Below, one piece after another: positions 1-10,814 of a DNA stretch of 64,000 nucleotides. Origin of the DNA: Tubiluchus corallicola. Taxonomy: Eukaryota > Animalia > Priapulida. The position numbers were made by a program, and so were the translations under genes. How positions within the stretch are numbered: position 1 is the stretch's first letter; every line of letters begins with the position of its first letter. Below the pieces are notes generated by a model that was not told where the DNA came from, ran no database searches, and saw nothing but the letters and a program-made list of their open reading frames with translations. The stretch lies in NCBI GenBank assembly GCA_030141605.1, contig JAQGDQ010000347.1, forward strand, positions 188,130 to 252,129. Reading direction: 5' to 3'.

Positions 1-568
1 ATTTATCAACCAGCATTTTCCAGTCTTCAATAATAGCTGAACAATCTTCTCCGCTTGCTTTTAAGCCCGATAAATCATACATCAAAGCAATGGCCCTTCC
101 ATTCGATTTTGCTGCTTCCAACGCATTTTTCAGAATCACATCGTGACTTTTATTAAGGTTGGTATGTTGACGAGCCACACCAAAAAAACGTTGCATAAAT
201 ACGCCATCCACACCATATTCCTTCATCCACTTAAAATGCAATTCCGTTGTACTTTTATCTACAGAACTAAATACTCTGGCAGGTGTCCCGTCAGCATTTT
301 TGAAAGATGTTTCATAGGTTTTTTTGTACTCAGTTACATCCGGCCAAAAATCAATGGTATTATGCTTGTTATCAAAACGGCCTTTATATCCGTAATGTCC
401 CCATTCGTTGCCACTACCATCACCAGGTGCTCTGAACCAGCCTTGATATCCGGCCATTATTAAACCTTTGGTGCTTCTATATTTCGACGTATTACCATGC
501 TTAATCTGTGCTGAAGCCAAACTACAAATCTGGATCAACACCAACACCATGCCAAGTATTTTTTTCAT
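1..568 (-). CDS. GH71/GH99-like secreted glycoside hydrolase (3' end runs off the window)
   Basis: Not in the ORF track. Manual translation from the ATG at 568 gives MKKILGMVLVLIQICSLASAQ...GLIMAGYQGWFRAPGDG...TIDFWPDVTEY, clearly paralogous to 2885..4213 (CGYQGWFNAEGDG...TIDFWPDVSEY). Signal peptide present. Confidence 0.8.
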   Translation of the reverse strand, partial: MKKILGMVLVLIQICSLASAQIKHGNTSKYRSTKGLIMAGYQGWFRAPGDGSGNEWGHYGYKGRFDNKHNTIDFWPDVTEYKKTYETSFKNADGTPARVFSSVDKSTTELHFKWMKEYGVDGVFMQRFFGVARQHTNLNKSHDVILKNALEAAKSNGRAIALMYDLSGLKASGEDCSAIIEDWKMLVDK

Positions 569-575
569 TACTATC

Positions 576-2861
576 CTATTTAAAAAGGTTTTTATTCGGC
601 TTGTCACCCATCACAAATTCAATGGTTGCACCTGCCATTAACTCACTATGGTCAATGAAGGGTGAACTGAGTGCTTTACCATTTATTGAAGCCGACTGTA
701 TGTAGCAATTGGTATCAGTATTGTTTTTAGTACGAATCTGCACTTTATTACCATTTTCAAGTGCAATTTCAACCTTATCAAACATAGGTCTGCCAATTGA
801 GTAACTGGGGTTACCCGGAGTAACCGAATAGAAACCCATAGCATTTAATACATACCAGGCCGACATCTGACCACAATCTTCGTTGCCGGCAAGACCGTTA
901 GGATCATTAAAGTATAAGTCATTCATGATCTGATTGAGCAAAGCCTGACTTTTCCATTCTTGTCCTGCATAATTATACAGATGAGCTACATGGTGGCTTG
1001 GCTCATTGCCATGAGCGTACTGACCAATCAAGCCTGAAATATCACTCGAAACATGATCTCCAACCAATTCAGAACTGGTGTTAAACAGGGTATCCAATTT
1101 TACGGCCATCTGGTCAGCTCCTCCATAAAGCGCCATTAACCCTTCTACATCGTGAGGCGCAAACCAACTCCATTGGTATGCATTTCCTTCTACATAATCA
1201 TCTGAGCGATGATCTGAACGTCGCGGATTAAAAGGTTCGCGCCAATTTCCATCTTTGTCTTTACCCCGCATAAAACCCGTTTCAGCATCAAAGTATTTTG
1301 CATATCGCTTTGATCGTTCCATGAAGAAGGCATGGTCATCTACTTTGCCGAGTTCCTTAGCCATTTGTGCAATACACCAATCATTGTATGCGTACTCCAG
1401 AGCCTTTCCAACTGATTCTGGCTCCATGTCACATGGTATATAGCCCAAATCATGGTTATAACGCTTCGCCAACGGCATAACCTTGTTTTGAACTGACTTA
1501 TTCGGAAACAGAATACCTTCCGATTGATAAAAAGCCGAATGAGTAATGGCTTCATAAGCCTTGTCCACATCAAAATTGCGTTGCCCTTTCATATAAGCAT
1601 CAACAATAACCGGGACGGCATGGTAACCAATCATGCAACCAGTGTAATTGCCTACCAGCTCCCACATTGGCAATACTCCTCCTTCATCATACTTCCTGAG
1701 CAATGATTGTATAAACTGGTTATTTTGATCACTATTTATAATCGTCTGTAAAGGATGGAAGGCCCGAAATGTATCCCACAATGAAAAAACAGTGTGCATT
1801 TCACCGTCTGTATGATACAACTTCTTATCCATACCCCGGTAACGACCATCTACATCGGAAAACAAATAAGGACTTAATGAAGTATGGTAAAGAGAGGTAT
1901 AAAAAATGGCAAGCTTATCCAGGTCTTTTCCATTAACATTGATCTTACCTAACTCATCTCTCCAAACTAAATGTGCATTCTCACGAACTTTATTAAAATC
2001 CCAATCGGTCAATTCAGCTGCCAAATTTTTTGATGCCCCTTCATTATCGACATGCGAAATACCCACTTTTACCAACAGCTCCTCTCCTTGATCCAAATCA
2101 AAAGTCAGCACAGCTTTCAGCTTATCTCCTTCTGCATGCACCATATCAGAGAATGGTTCGTTACCATTATACAGTTGACAAGTAAAAGGTTTGTTAAATA
2201 CTGCCTTAAAAAAAGCACGTTGCTCCATGGCCCATCCTGATGATTTTTTCATCCCTTGTATGGTATGTCCATCAAGTACCGACAGTTCATGTTCCGGCCC
2301 ACGATCAGGATAAATATTATGCGACAAGTCAATGATTAATCTGGCTGTATCCCTTCCATGATAAGTGTAGCGATGAAATCCGGCTCGCTTGGATACTGTC
2401 AACTCTGCATCAACGGCATAATCTTTTAACCAAACTGAATAATAGCCCGGACTGGCAGTTTCCTCTTCATGCGAAAAACGCGAACGATACCCGTTATCAA
2501 CCTGATCAGGTGAACCAGCTTCTGTTTTCACTGTGCCTGTAAAGGGCATAAACAAAAAATCTCCCAGATCACTTATTCCTGTTCCACTGAGATGAGTATG
2601 AGAAAAACCAATGATGGAACTATCTGAATAATGATAACCACCACAGGCATCCCAACCTATGGTTCTGGTGTCCGGACTTAGCTGCACCATTGCGTGCGGT
2701 AGTGTAGCGCCAGGAAATGTATGACCATGTCCACCAGTACCAATAAAGGTATTAACGTATATGGTATTATCTGAAACTTCTTCAGATGTCCATTGTATAT
2801 TTACTGCAGCAACTAAAAGAACCGTCGCAATAAATGCGATTATTAACAATCTTATTTTCAT
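576..2861 (-). CDS. GH92 family alpha-mannosidase
   Basis: Motifs GTGGHGHTFPGA, FSLWDTFRA, YVEGNAYQW, GQYAHGNEPSHH, GNEDCGQMSAW; signal peptide. ATG at 2861 preferred over the track start at 2876. Confidence 0.93.
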   Translation of the reverse strand: MKIRLLIIAFIATVLLVAAVNIQWTSEEVSDNTIYVNTFIGTGGHGHTFPGATLPHAMVQLSPDTRTIGWDACGGYHYSDSSIIGFSHTHLSGTGISDLGDFLFMPFTGTVKTEAGSPDQVDNGYRSRFSHEEETASPGYYSVWLKDYAVDAELTVSKRAGFHRYTYHGRDTARLIIDLSHNIYPDRGPEHELSVLDGHTIQGMKKSSGWAMEQRAFFKAVFNKPFTCQLYNGNEPFSDMVHAEGDKLKAVLTFDLDQGEELLVKVGISHVDNEGASKNLAAELTDWDFNKVRENAHLVWRDELGKINVNGKDLDKLAIFYTSLYHTSLSPYLFSDVDGRYRGMDKKLYHTDGEMHTVFSLWDTFRAFHPLQTIINSDQNNQFIQSLLRKYDEGGVLPMWELVGNYTGCMIGYHAVPVIVDAYMKGQRNFDVDKAYEAITHSAFYQSEGILFPNKSVQNKVMPLAKRYNHDLGYIPCDMEPESVGKALEYAYNDWCIAQMAKELGKVDDHAFFMERSKRYAKYFDAETGFMRGKDKDGNWREPFNPRRSDHRSDDYVEGNAYQWSWFAPHDVEGLMALYGGADQMAVKLDTLFNTSSELVGDHVSSDISGLIGQYAHGNEPSHHVAHLYNYAGQEWKSQALLNQIMNDLYFNDPNGLAGNEDCGQMSAWYVLNAMGFYSVTPGNPSYSIGRPMFDKVEIALENGNKVQIRTKNNTDTNCYIQSASINGKALSSPFIDHSELMAGATIEFVMGDKPNKNLFK

Positions 2862-2884
2862 TTTTAATTCTTTCAACAGCTGTT

Positions 2885-4213
2885 TTAACGTTGAGGCTGA
2901 GTAATACCATAAGAACCTTCTCCTTTAAACCATCGTGCAGCCTGACCTGTCAGCCATAAATAATGATCACTTTCCACTTCTTCTTCGATTCCTACAAAAC
3001 GCAAGTCGCCATTCAATGGAAGATTACCTTCTTTTAAACACTTAAAAATCGCAGTACCCTCATCTACTTCATCAAACATTGCAACATAAAGAGATTTCGC
3101 TCCTGATAACTTGGCATTTGCAATTTGATGCCAAAGAAAATCACCTTTTTCTCTTTTTATTTGATCATAGTTATTTGGTTCATTCTTTAAATTACCCCAG
3201 CTAAATCCAGGAAATACAAGCGGAGCATAATCAACCCCCATAGATTCGCATTTTGAAATATCTGATGGTATTGTTCTAGTTGCTAAATCATATGATTCAT
3301 TATTATACCTACCTACAGCCCATGGCATTATAACATCAGCTTCTCTTATCATTTCGTGAAGAACAGGTGAATTTTCGGTATCATTCTTCATTTCACGCCA
3401 ATAATAAGGCACACCCAACATGATAGAAGAGGGGAGGCTTGCATTTTTAATATTCATCATCAATCGCTTAGTGTCTGTCAAGCTGTATTTTCTATTATCA
3501 TTAAATCCAACGCCCCAAATAGCAACCAATGGTTTACCATTATGACGAAGATATGATGGGTGTTTCTCATTATTGAAAAGATCAAATTTACTTTGTAATT
3601 CCTTCCAATCGATATATACAATATCCAGCTCTTCAGGAGTACTTCCACTTAGATCGTACATCACTGCAATGGCGCGATCGTATTTCTTTGCTGCTTTCAA
3701 AGCATTGTCAAGTACTTTATTAAAATGGCTTTTGCCACTTGGATTTTTAATTTCTGAAACAAAACGCTGCATATACACTCCATCAATTCCGTATTCTTGC
3801 ATCCATTTAAAATGAAGATCAACTGTTTCATAGTCATAAGGGCTATAAACGTGAGCCGGTTCACCATTTTCAAAGCTAAAAGCAGTTTGATAAGTCACTT
3901 CATACTCGCTTACATCAGGCCAAAAATCTATTGTAGAAACACCTGGTCTGAACTCATTTCCTTTTTTATAATGATGCCAACCTCTATCTGCTCCATCACC
4001 TTCAGCATTAAACCATCCTTGATATCCACACATTACTAACCCAACATAGCTGGTATAGGAACAACCTGTTTCATCATAAATTGGTTTATCCGGCTTATCC
4101 GGCACTTCAATAGGTGGTTCTTCAGTAATTGTTTCTTTTTTGCAACTAAAAGCCATTGACATAATTAAAATCAACCCACCAGCTATTATTCCAGATAGTT
4201 TCATATCTCCCAT
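2885..4213 (-). CDS. GH71/GH99-like glycoside hydrolase, lipoprotein (often annotated xylosidase)
   Basis: Lipobox AFSC followed by KKE...EE; GYQGWF, HFKWMQEYGIDG and a MFDEVDEGT motif resembling the GH99 ExxE catalytic motif; PUL context. Confidence 0.75.
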   Translation of the reverse strand: MGDMKLSGIIAGGLILIMSMAFSCKKETITEEPPIEVPDKPDKPIYDETGCSYTSYVGLVMCGYQGWFNAEGDGADRGWHHYKKGNEFRPGVSTIDFWPDVSEYEVTYQTAFSFENGEPAHVYSPYDYETVDLHFKWMQEYGIDGVYMQRFVSEIKNPSGKSHFNKVLDNALKAAKKYDRAIAVMYDLSGSTPEELDIVYIDWKELQSKFDLFNNEKHPSYLRHNGKPLVAIWGVGFNDNRKYSLTDTKRLMMNIKNASLPSSIMLGVPYYWREMKNDTENSPVLHEMIREADVIMPWAVGRYNNESYDLATRTIPSDISKCESMGVDYAPLVFPGFSWGNLKNEPNNYDQIKREKGDFLWHQIANAKLSGAKSLYVAMFDEVDEGTAIFKCLKEGNLPLNGDLRFVGIEEEVESDHYLWLTGQAARWFKGEGSYGITQPQR

Positions 4214-4222
4214 TTTTTATGA

Positions 4223-4248
4223 AATAGGGCGTTGATTAACGCCCTATT
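4223..4248. terminator. Intra-operon hairpin (possible attenuator or mRNA-stabilising stem-loop)
   Basis: Perfect 11-bp inverted repeat AATAGGGCGTT-gatt-AACGCCCTATT between the DUF3823-like gene and the GH99-like gene; only a short U tract on the coding strand. Confidence 0.55.
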
Positions 4249-4289
4249 CAATTATATTTCTTTTGCGTTCTTCTCTATCAAATCAACTA

Positions 4290-5000
4290 TTATTCCACCA
4301 TCAAACGAACCGGTGCACTATAATTATATTTCGCTTCATCTGCTTTAATCAGTGCTCCAATTCTGAAATGGTATTCATTTCCTAAAATGAATTTTTTATC
4401 GCCAGAAACATCCATGACCAGTTCAAATTCCTCGTTAGGATCAACCACTCTATTTAATGTTTCCATCCTACTTTTAACCTGCAGAATTTCACAGACCGAA
4501 GGTGATTCATGAGCAAACAGCGCAACACTTACCACATTATTAGCAACATTTTGTTCAAGCTTAAATCTTGCTGTAATTTCCGTCCCATTTACTGTTATAG
4601 ATGGATCCTTAATACGGATATATGGCAAAACTTCAAAGTTCTGAACAGTTTGACCTGATATGTTAATATCAATAGTATCAGTTTCTGGTTGAGGAATAAA
4701 ATTACCCCTTCTTAATGGCACAATCTTATAAGCTCCAGCAAATATCATATCGTTACGATAAGTTCCATCAGCCTTAACTACTAAATACCTAGGCTGTGGA
4801 TTTTCAAAACCTTGCTCGATAATTTCAATTTTAGTACCACTTATAATGGCTCCTTGTACAGGTTCTCCTGTATCAACATCCAGTATAGCTCCAGATAATG
4901 AGGCATCAGGACCAGGGTAGTTATCAAGTTCACATGAACTTAGTCCCAATATCGTAAGTAGAACAACTGTAACCAGTTTTATATTTTTCATCGCGTACAT
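4290..5000 (-). CDS. DUF3823-like PUL surface lipoprotein
   Basis: Lipobox LSSC then ELDNYPGPDASLSGAILD and VKADGTYRN, typical of DUF3823 proteins directly downstream of susD. Confidence 0.8.
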   Translation of the reverse strand: MYAMKNIKLVTVVLLTILGLSSCELDNYPGPDASLSGAILDVDTGEPVQGAIISGTKIEIIEQGFENPQPRYLVVKADGTYRNDMIFAGAYKIVPLRRGNFIPQPETDTIDINISGQTVQNFEVLPYIRIKDPSITVNGTEITARFKLEQNVANNVVSVALFAHESPSVCEILQVKSRMETLNRVVDPNEEFELVMDVSGDKKFILGNEYHFRIGALIKADEAKYNYSAPVRLMVE

Positions 5001-5007
5001 TTTTTTA

Positions 5008-6915
5008 TTAATACATAGGGTTATTTACCAATCCATTAGAACCAATTCCCGGTATATGTCGGTAATAATGCTTAGGTTCAAAAGTTCTCGGATCTGTTCG
5101 AGGCACAACATCTCGGATCATAATGTATTTAGGAGGATCCTCTCTTAAGTCAAGTGCAGGTAACAAGGCATGTGTATCTGTACTATTAAATTTCTCATGA
5201 AACTCACGACGACGAATCAAGTCATAGAATCGCTTATTTTCAAAAGCTAGTTCTACAGTTCTTTCCCGCTGTACATTATCAACAGTTAAATCAATATCTA
5301 CTGTGTGACCTGCCCTCTTACGTATAGAATTTAAGGCTGTTTTAGCTAGATCCGCATCACCAAGACCACTTTCTATCACAGCTTCTGCATAATTTAACAA
5401 CACTTCTGCATATCGCATATCCATAAAATCTAAAGTTCCTTGATTCCATGCAGGATTAACATCCGTAGATTCAAGTAAGAACTTTTTGAATCCCATTCCT
5501 GTACGGGTATGATTGCCTCCTGCTGGGTTAAACCCTGAATGATTGGCTGTATTAGCAGTACCATACGTATAGTATGTAACTCCGTTATGCGAGAATTCAC
5601 CTCCTTGCAATAGCGATGGTGTTCCATCAGGAAGGATCAGTCCGGCTTGAATTACTATCTCTTTTCCTTTCCACATTGTACCAGGAAGAATGGCTGTTCC
5701 CCATAACCTGGCATCTTTTCCTTTATACGCGTCATTAGGTGTATCGTACTTTATATAGTTACGACTTGCTGAATAACCAAGGTAATCTTCGTTACCATCT
5801 ACAACGGTGGGCAGCATCGTGCTTACTCCCGGATTAGCGTAGGTCTCAAACATTTCTGCCCAATCCAATGTAGGACAATATCTGCCCGGGTGAGGCCATC
5901 CATTTGATGTTTGATTTGGATTGAACCAAATCTCATAATTATTTGCTGTATTATCATTACTAATAACAGAAGACCCCTTAATAAATATCGCCTCACGAGG
6001 AGCTCCATTAGGGTCTTCAAAGAGCATACGATAATTCTCAGCTGCTTCCTCAGGATTAGCTGGATTTGGTCGGAACAATTCAAAAACATTAGATTTGATT
6101 ATCTCTTCCGAAGCATCAATACATTGCTGATAAAAGAAATTTGCTGTTGATTGGTCCATGCCAACCAATCCTAAGTCAGCAGCCTCACCAGATACCGGAA
6201 ATTTAGACCAAAACTTAGCGATAGAGGCAGCATGTAAAGCCGCTCTTGATTTCAGGGCTAGTGCCGCATATTTTGTTGCTCTGCGCTGACTCCCATCACC
6301 TTCTAATAGATTATTCGCTGCCAACTGGCATTCTTCCATGATAAAGCGCCATGTTTCTTCTTCTGTACTTCTTGGCACCTTTAAGTCTTCAACATTAGGA
6401 GTAAATTCCTGTGGCTCTAGAATTAAAGATACTCCGCCATAACGCTTTGCTAATCCATAATAAGCATAAGCTCTAATAAAAGCTGTTTCTCCGATAATTA
6501 AAGCACGCTCCTGCTCAGTTATATCCAAATCAGGAATAAACTTAATCAAAGTGTTCACATCTCGAATTAACTGATATCCTTCATCCCACCAATGGCCCCA
6601 GCTATCTTTTGAGTTTGGCTCTCTAAAATCGCTGTGAGTGGCGATATCAGTGTGCATAGCCTGCACAAACCCACCATTATTTGGTGCTCCGGAATTATAG
6701 TTAAAAATACTTTTATTGTTATTTCGATGGAAATAAGTAAAATCCTCAACTGGTAACTGGTAATAAAGGTTAGCCATATAAAGCTTTACCCCTTCAGGAT
6801 CACGGAATAAATCTTCAGCTGGCAGTTTATCTGTAGGCTTAAGGTCAAGTACATCGGTACAACCGAACATTAACAAAGCCAATATAGCTGTATATAATAT
6901 TTTAAATATTTTCAT
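5008..6915 (-). CDS. susD: SusD/RagB family outer-membrane glycan-binding lipoprotein
   Basis: Lipobox MFGC; FIRAYAYYGLAKRYGGV, MRYAEVLLNYAEA, ERTVELAFENKRFYDL, C-terminal NPMY; adjacent to susC. Confidence 0.93.
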   Translation of the reverse strand: MKIFKILYTAILALLMFGCTDVLDLKPTDKLPAEDLFRDPEGVKLYMANLYYQLPVEDFTYFHRNNNKSIFNYNSGAPNNGGFVQAMHTDIATHSDFREPNSKDSWGHWWDEGYQLIRDVNTLIKFIPDLDITEQERALIIGETAFIRAYAYYGLAKRYGGVSLILEPQEFTPNVEDLKVPRSTEEETWRFIMEECQLAANNLLEGDGSQRRATKYAALALKSRAALHAASIAKFWSKFPVSGEAADLGLVGMDQSTANFFYQQCIDASEEIIKSNVFELFRPNPANPEEAAENYRMLFEDPNGAPREAIFIKGSSVISNDNTANNYEIWFNPNQTSNGWPHPGRYCPTLDWAEMFETYANPGVSTMLPTVVDGNEDYLGYSASRNYIKYDTPNDAYKGKDARLWGTAILPGTMWKGKEIVIQAGLILPDGTPSLLQGGEFSHNGVTYYTYGTANTANHSGFNPAGGNHTRTGMGFKKFLLESTDVNPAWNQGTLDFMDMRYAEVLLNYAEAVIESGLGDADLAKTALNSIRKRAGHTVDIDLTVDNVQRERTVELAFENKRFYDLIRRREFHEKFNSTDTHALLPALDLREDPPKYIMIRDVVPRTDPRTFEPKHYYRHIPGIGSNGLVNNPMY

Positions 6916-6926
6916 TGTGCTAATTT

Positions 6927-9900
6927 TTAAAATGTAATGTTGATACCCATATTAAAGCTCATGGTCAAAGGATAAGTTAATCCAGCACTATGGGCTCCTT
7001 CAATCTTCTCAGGATCAAACGGCTTCACAAAGTCATCTGCCCATGTATAAAGATTGTGACCGTTGGCATATATCCTCATTTTTTCCAGACCAATTGATGT
7101 CATCCAATTTTGATTTCTAAAGGTATATCCAATATCCAGTGTTTTTAATCTGAAATATGAGGCATCTTTACGCCAAACTTCACTTTCAGCATACAACATA
7201 CCAACATCAGTAATATATCTATTAGCCGGCCATTCTCCTGCATTCCAAGTTCCATCATCATTTTGTGTCCATGAGTCGTAAAAGTAGGCAGGCGTGTTAC
7301 CCCTGAAAGCAAACATTTCGGCATAAACTTCTCTAAAGCGAACTGTATATTTTGCAGCTCCTTGAAATAAAGCAGTAAAATCAAAACCTTTCCATTGAGC
7401 AGCAAGGGTTAGTCCAAAGTGCTGTTTAGGATTAGCGTTATAGAACTGAGGAACCATGTCATCGCCATTGATAACGCCATCGCCATTCATATCTTTATAC
7501 TGATAATCTCCAGGCAATTCCCTCATATTACCTAGGTCACCATTTTGAATTGGAGCAAAAATAATCTGATCACGATTCTGGAACTGACCTTCAACAACAT
7601 ATCCCCATACAACATCGTCGTATCGATTGGCTGTACCATGTCTCCATTCATCCCAACTACTAGTAAATGGGCCGCGTTCAACATATTCTCTGTTTCGACG
7701 GGCAAAATTGAAATTACCACGCACCTCGTAGTTAAAATCACCTATTTTATTGCGATACCCTATGGCAAAATCAAATCCTCTAACACGGTCACTGTTCAGG
7801 TTTTCTTCCGGCAACTCACCACCAAAAGTATTTGGTAATGATGCATTACGTTTTGCCAAAAGTCCTTCTCTGTATCTTTCATATAAGTCAAACTCAAGTG
7901 AGAAAGAATTATTCCACATACCCAAATCAAAACCAACATCTTTAATAGTTGATTCAAACCAGGTTAATTGAGGATTAACAATGGATGGTGCACTAGCTCC
8001 TGTTTGATAAGCCCCTTCTTCAAACTCATAGCCTCCACCACCAGATGTGGTAAATCCTTCGACATATTGGAACGGAGCTCCTGCATCCTCTCCCACTACA
8101 CCATATGAACCTCGTAACTTAAGATTAGAAATAAAAGGTAAGGCATTTTTAAAGAAAGCTTCTTCGGATACACGCCATCCTCCAGTAATCACAGGAAAGA
8201 ATCCCCATCGGTAATCAGGATGATAACGATAAGAGCCGTCATATCGGAATGCATACTCTATCAAGTATTTACCTTTATAATCATAGTTAAATCGTCCAAT
8301 GATTGATCGGCTTCCGATTTCCCTTTCATTACCTGAATTCATTTGATTATTCAAACTTCCCTGATCAATTTGATCATTGGTATAAAAATCGTACTCTCTT
8401 TGTAACCATGACCATCTCTCAAATGTACTTTGTTGCTCATAAACTAAAGTTGCAGAAACATTATGCTTGTCTGCGAATGATTTATCATATGAAATTTGAG
8501 TCTGGAAGTTTAAAAGATTATAATCTGCCCAATTATTACTTATTTTACTTGGAGCGTTTTGAACATGGCCGTTATACCGATCTTCATCTGAGTCATAATC
8601 GTACAGCTTATAGCTCTTATTTAAGCTTTTTGCCATATAGTTATTACTGTCATATGAGTATCTCCCTGTTAATGTCAAACCATCAACAAAAGGCACATCA
8701 TAATATAGAGCAACTGTTGATGAGAACTTTTTATTAACCTGTTCATTGTAACCTGTAATTTTTCGATTTGATAAGGCCAATGGGTTTAGGTTACTTGGAG
8801 GAACTAATGCAGGATACTCAGGATTATCATTAGCATACGGTCTACCAGTTGGTTCTCCAACACGAGTTGCTTTAAAAATATTAAAGAAATTTGCCCCAGG
8901 TGTTGTCTTCTTATCTCTCATTCCTGCTAACTGAATATCTGCTTTAAGATTTTTAGTTAATTGAGCCGTTAAGTTAGAACGGAATGTGTATTTATCATAG
9001 TTCAAATCATTGCTTTTTAATAAACCTTGATCTTCAACATATCCTAAACTGGTAAAGTATGATATTTTGTCATTACCTCCACTAGCTGAAAAATTATGCT
9101 GCTGTTGGAATGCATTCTTTTTAAATGTCTCATCATACCAGTTTACCCCTTCATAGCCAGGCAATCCTGCCTTATAAGCAGCAACTTCTTCTTCAGTATA
9201 AGCTGGTCCTAATCCGGAAAACTGGCGAGCTCTGTTCACCATCTCAACATACTGTCCGGCATTAGCCATTTCAGGAACATCAGTTGGAGACTGAACGCCA
9301 GCTACACCATGATAGTTAAAACGCGTTTTACCCGCCTTACCTTTTTTTGTGGTAACAATTACAACCCCATTAGCAGCACGTAACCCATAAATCGCAGCTG
9401 CAGCATCTTTAATCACAGAAATACTTTCAATATCTTCAGGATTCAACTTCTGAAAACCACTGTTACCCTCACGTGGAACACCATCAATTATATATAGGGG
9501 AGTACCAAAACCACGAATGTTAATTCCAGTATTAAAACTTCCTGGTTCTCCTGTGTTTTGCCTAATCTGTAAACCAGATACTTTTCCTTGCAGCGCTTGT
9601 GCTAAACTACTATGTGTAGTTGTAACAATTTGATCTGACTTAATATTACTGATAGCAGATGTTAGGCTTTCCTTCTTTTTTGATCCATATCCTACAGCAA
9701 CAACTTCACCTAAACCTACCATATCGTCTATCAACACAATATTAAGACTGCTGTTGTCGCCAACGGTAACCGTCTTTGTTTGCATACCAATAAATGAAAC
9801 AACCAATACATCACCTTTACTGGCCTGAAGGTTGAAGTTACCATCCATATCAGTTATTGTTCCCTGATCCTGCCCTTTAATTGCAATTGTTACATCAGGA

Positions 9901-10028
9901 AGCGGACCTCCTGTATTATCCTTAACTGTACCTGTCAAACTAACTGTTTGACCAACTACTCCTGACATTGCGATAAACAACGTTAAGAGTAAGATTAATT
10001 GTTTTTTCATAAATCTGAATTTTTGCAT
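6927..10028 (-). CDS. susC: SusC/RagA family TonB-dependent transporter
   Basis: N-terminal GTITDMDGNF domain, plug motif NPEDIESISVIKDAAAAIYGLRAANGVVIVTTKKG, NLKLRGSYG, C-terminal F. Alternative start at 10010. Confidence 0.96.
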   Translation of the reverse strand: MQKFRFMKKQLILLLTLFIAMSGVVGQTVSLTGTVKDNTGGPLPDVTIAIKGQDQGTITDMDGNFNLQASKGDVLVVSFIGMQTKTVTVGDNSSLNIVLIDDMVGLGEVVAVGYGSKKKESLTSAISNIKSDQIVTTTHSSLAQALQGKVSGLQIRQNTGEPGSFNTGINIRGFGTPLYIIDGVPREGNSGFQKLNPEDIESISVIKDAAAAIYGLRAANGVVIVTTKKGKAGKTRFNYHGVAGVQSPTDVPEMANAGQYVEMVNRARQFSGLGPAYTEEEVAAYKAGLPGYEGVNWYDETFKKNAFQQQHNFSASGGNDKISYFTSLGYVEDQGLLKSNDLNYDKYTFRSNLTAQLTKNLKADIQLAGMRDKKTTPGANFFNIFKATRVGEPTGRPYANDNPEYPALVPPSNLNPLALSNRKITGYNEQVNKKFSSTVALYYDVPFVDGLTLTGRYSYDSNNYMAKSLNKSYKLYDYDSDEDRYNGHVQNAPSKISNNWADYNLLNFQTQISYDKSFADKHNVSATLVYEQQSTFERWSWLQREYDFYTNDQIDQGSLNNQMNSGNEREIGSRSIIGRFNYDYKGKYLIEYAFRYDGSYRYHPDYRWGFFPVITGGWRVSEEAFFKNALPFISNLKLRGSYGVVGEDAGAPFQYVEGFTTSGGGGYEFEEGAYQTGASAPSIVNPQLTWFESTIKDVGFDLGMWNNSFSLEFDLYERYREGLLAKRNASLPNTFGGELPEENLNSDRVRGFDFAIGYRNKIGDFNYEVRGNFNFARRNREYVERGPFTSSWDEWRHGTANRYDDVVWGYVVEGQFQNRDQIIFAPIQNGDLGNMRELPGDYQYKDMNGDGVINGDDMVPQFYNANPKQHFGLTLAAQWKGFDFTALFQGAAKYTVRFREVYAEMFAFRGNTPAYFYDSWTQNDDGTWNAGEWPANRYITDVGMLYAESEVWRKDASYFRLKTLDIGYTFRNQNWMTSIGLEKMRIYANGHNLYTWADDFVKPFDPEKIEGAHSAGLTYPLTMSFNMGINITF

Positions 10029-10217
10029 TCTAGTTCACTTAATTTTTTTGCGTCATTGGGTCAATTACATTTTTTACTTGATCAATCGATTCCTTCATTT
10101 TCCATAGAATTTAAATTTACTGTTCCCACTCAATTGGATCCGAATGAAATCTCATTTTTTAGATTGGTTTACTTTATTTCGAAACCTCTCCCACAAGAAT
10201 TCATCTAAATATGTATG

Positions 10218-10274
10218 CAAATGAATCAGATATGTCTTAAAAAAAAATTAAAAAGAAATTAATGAAATTAACAT
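10218..10274 (-). promoter_or_regulatory. Candidate activator-dependent promoter/operator of the susC operon
   Basis: Shares 35/41 ungapped identity (10234-10274) with 13141-13181, plus CAAAnGAAT (minus strand ATTCnTTTG, a degenerate -7 box) at the same 16-bp offset in both. Confidence 0.6.
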
Positions 10275-10814
10275 GTGTAAACATTTCTTAGCAAACTCAC
10301 GTATATCATTGACATTCTGTACTGTACTCTAGAAGTATTATTTTAAAATAATTTTTTACTTTTTTTTTCATATTAATATCCCATATTAATACTCCATTAT
10401 GCTTTTATTATCACTCAATTTCAATAATAAGCCTGGTACGTTTTACCATTTTAAACTTTCAGTTTTGCTTGTCACTATTTTAATAATTCATTCAAATAAA
10501 AATGACTACCCGATCATCAATACAGGATGACTTAAATACCCCCTTAAAATAACGTACAAGTACTATGTACATTACATGAAAAATATAAACCCTCTCAGAT
10601 AATTAATGATCACCTTATTTTATTGAAAACCTTTTCCCCTTTTAAATGACCAATATAACATTTTTTATCAGAGAGCTTAATTGTTAATGCTAAAGATAGA
10701 ATTTTTTTCATAATCTGCGTTTTAAAAGAATTAAACAATTGTATTTAGTTGATTGCTATAGCATCACACTACAGCATCGATTTAATATGCAATTAACTTC
10801 AGGCGCTTAACCAT

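Noticed and set aside
10275-10814. Hidden small gene or invertible promoter in the long susC upstream region
   Set aside because: Very AT-rich, with no convincing ORF and no clear flanking inverted-repeat pair; an sRNA cannot be excluded without expression data.
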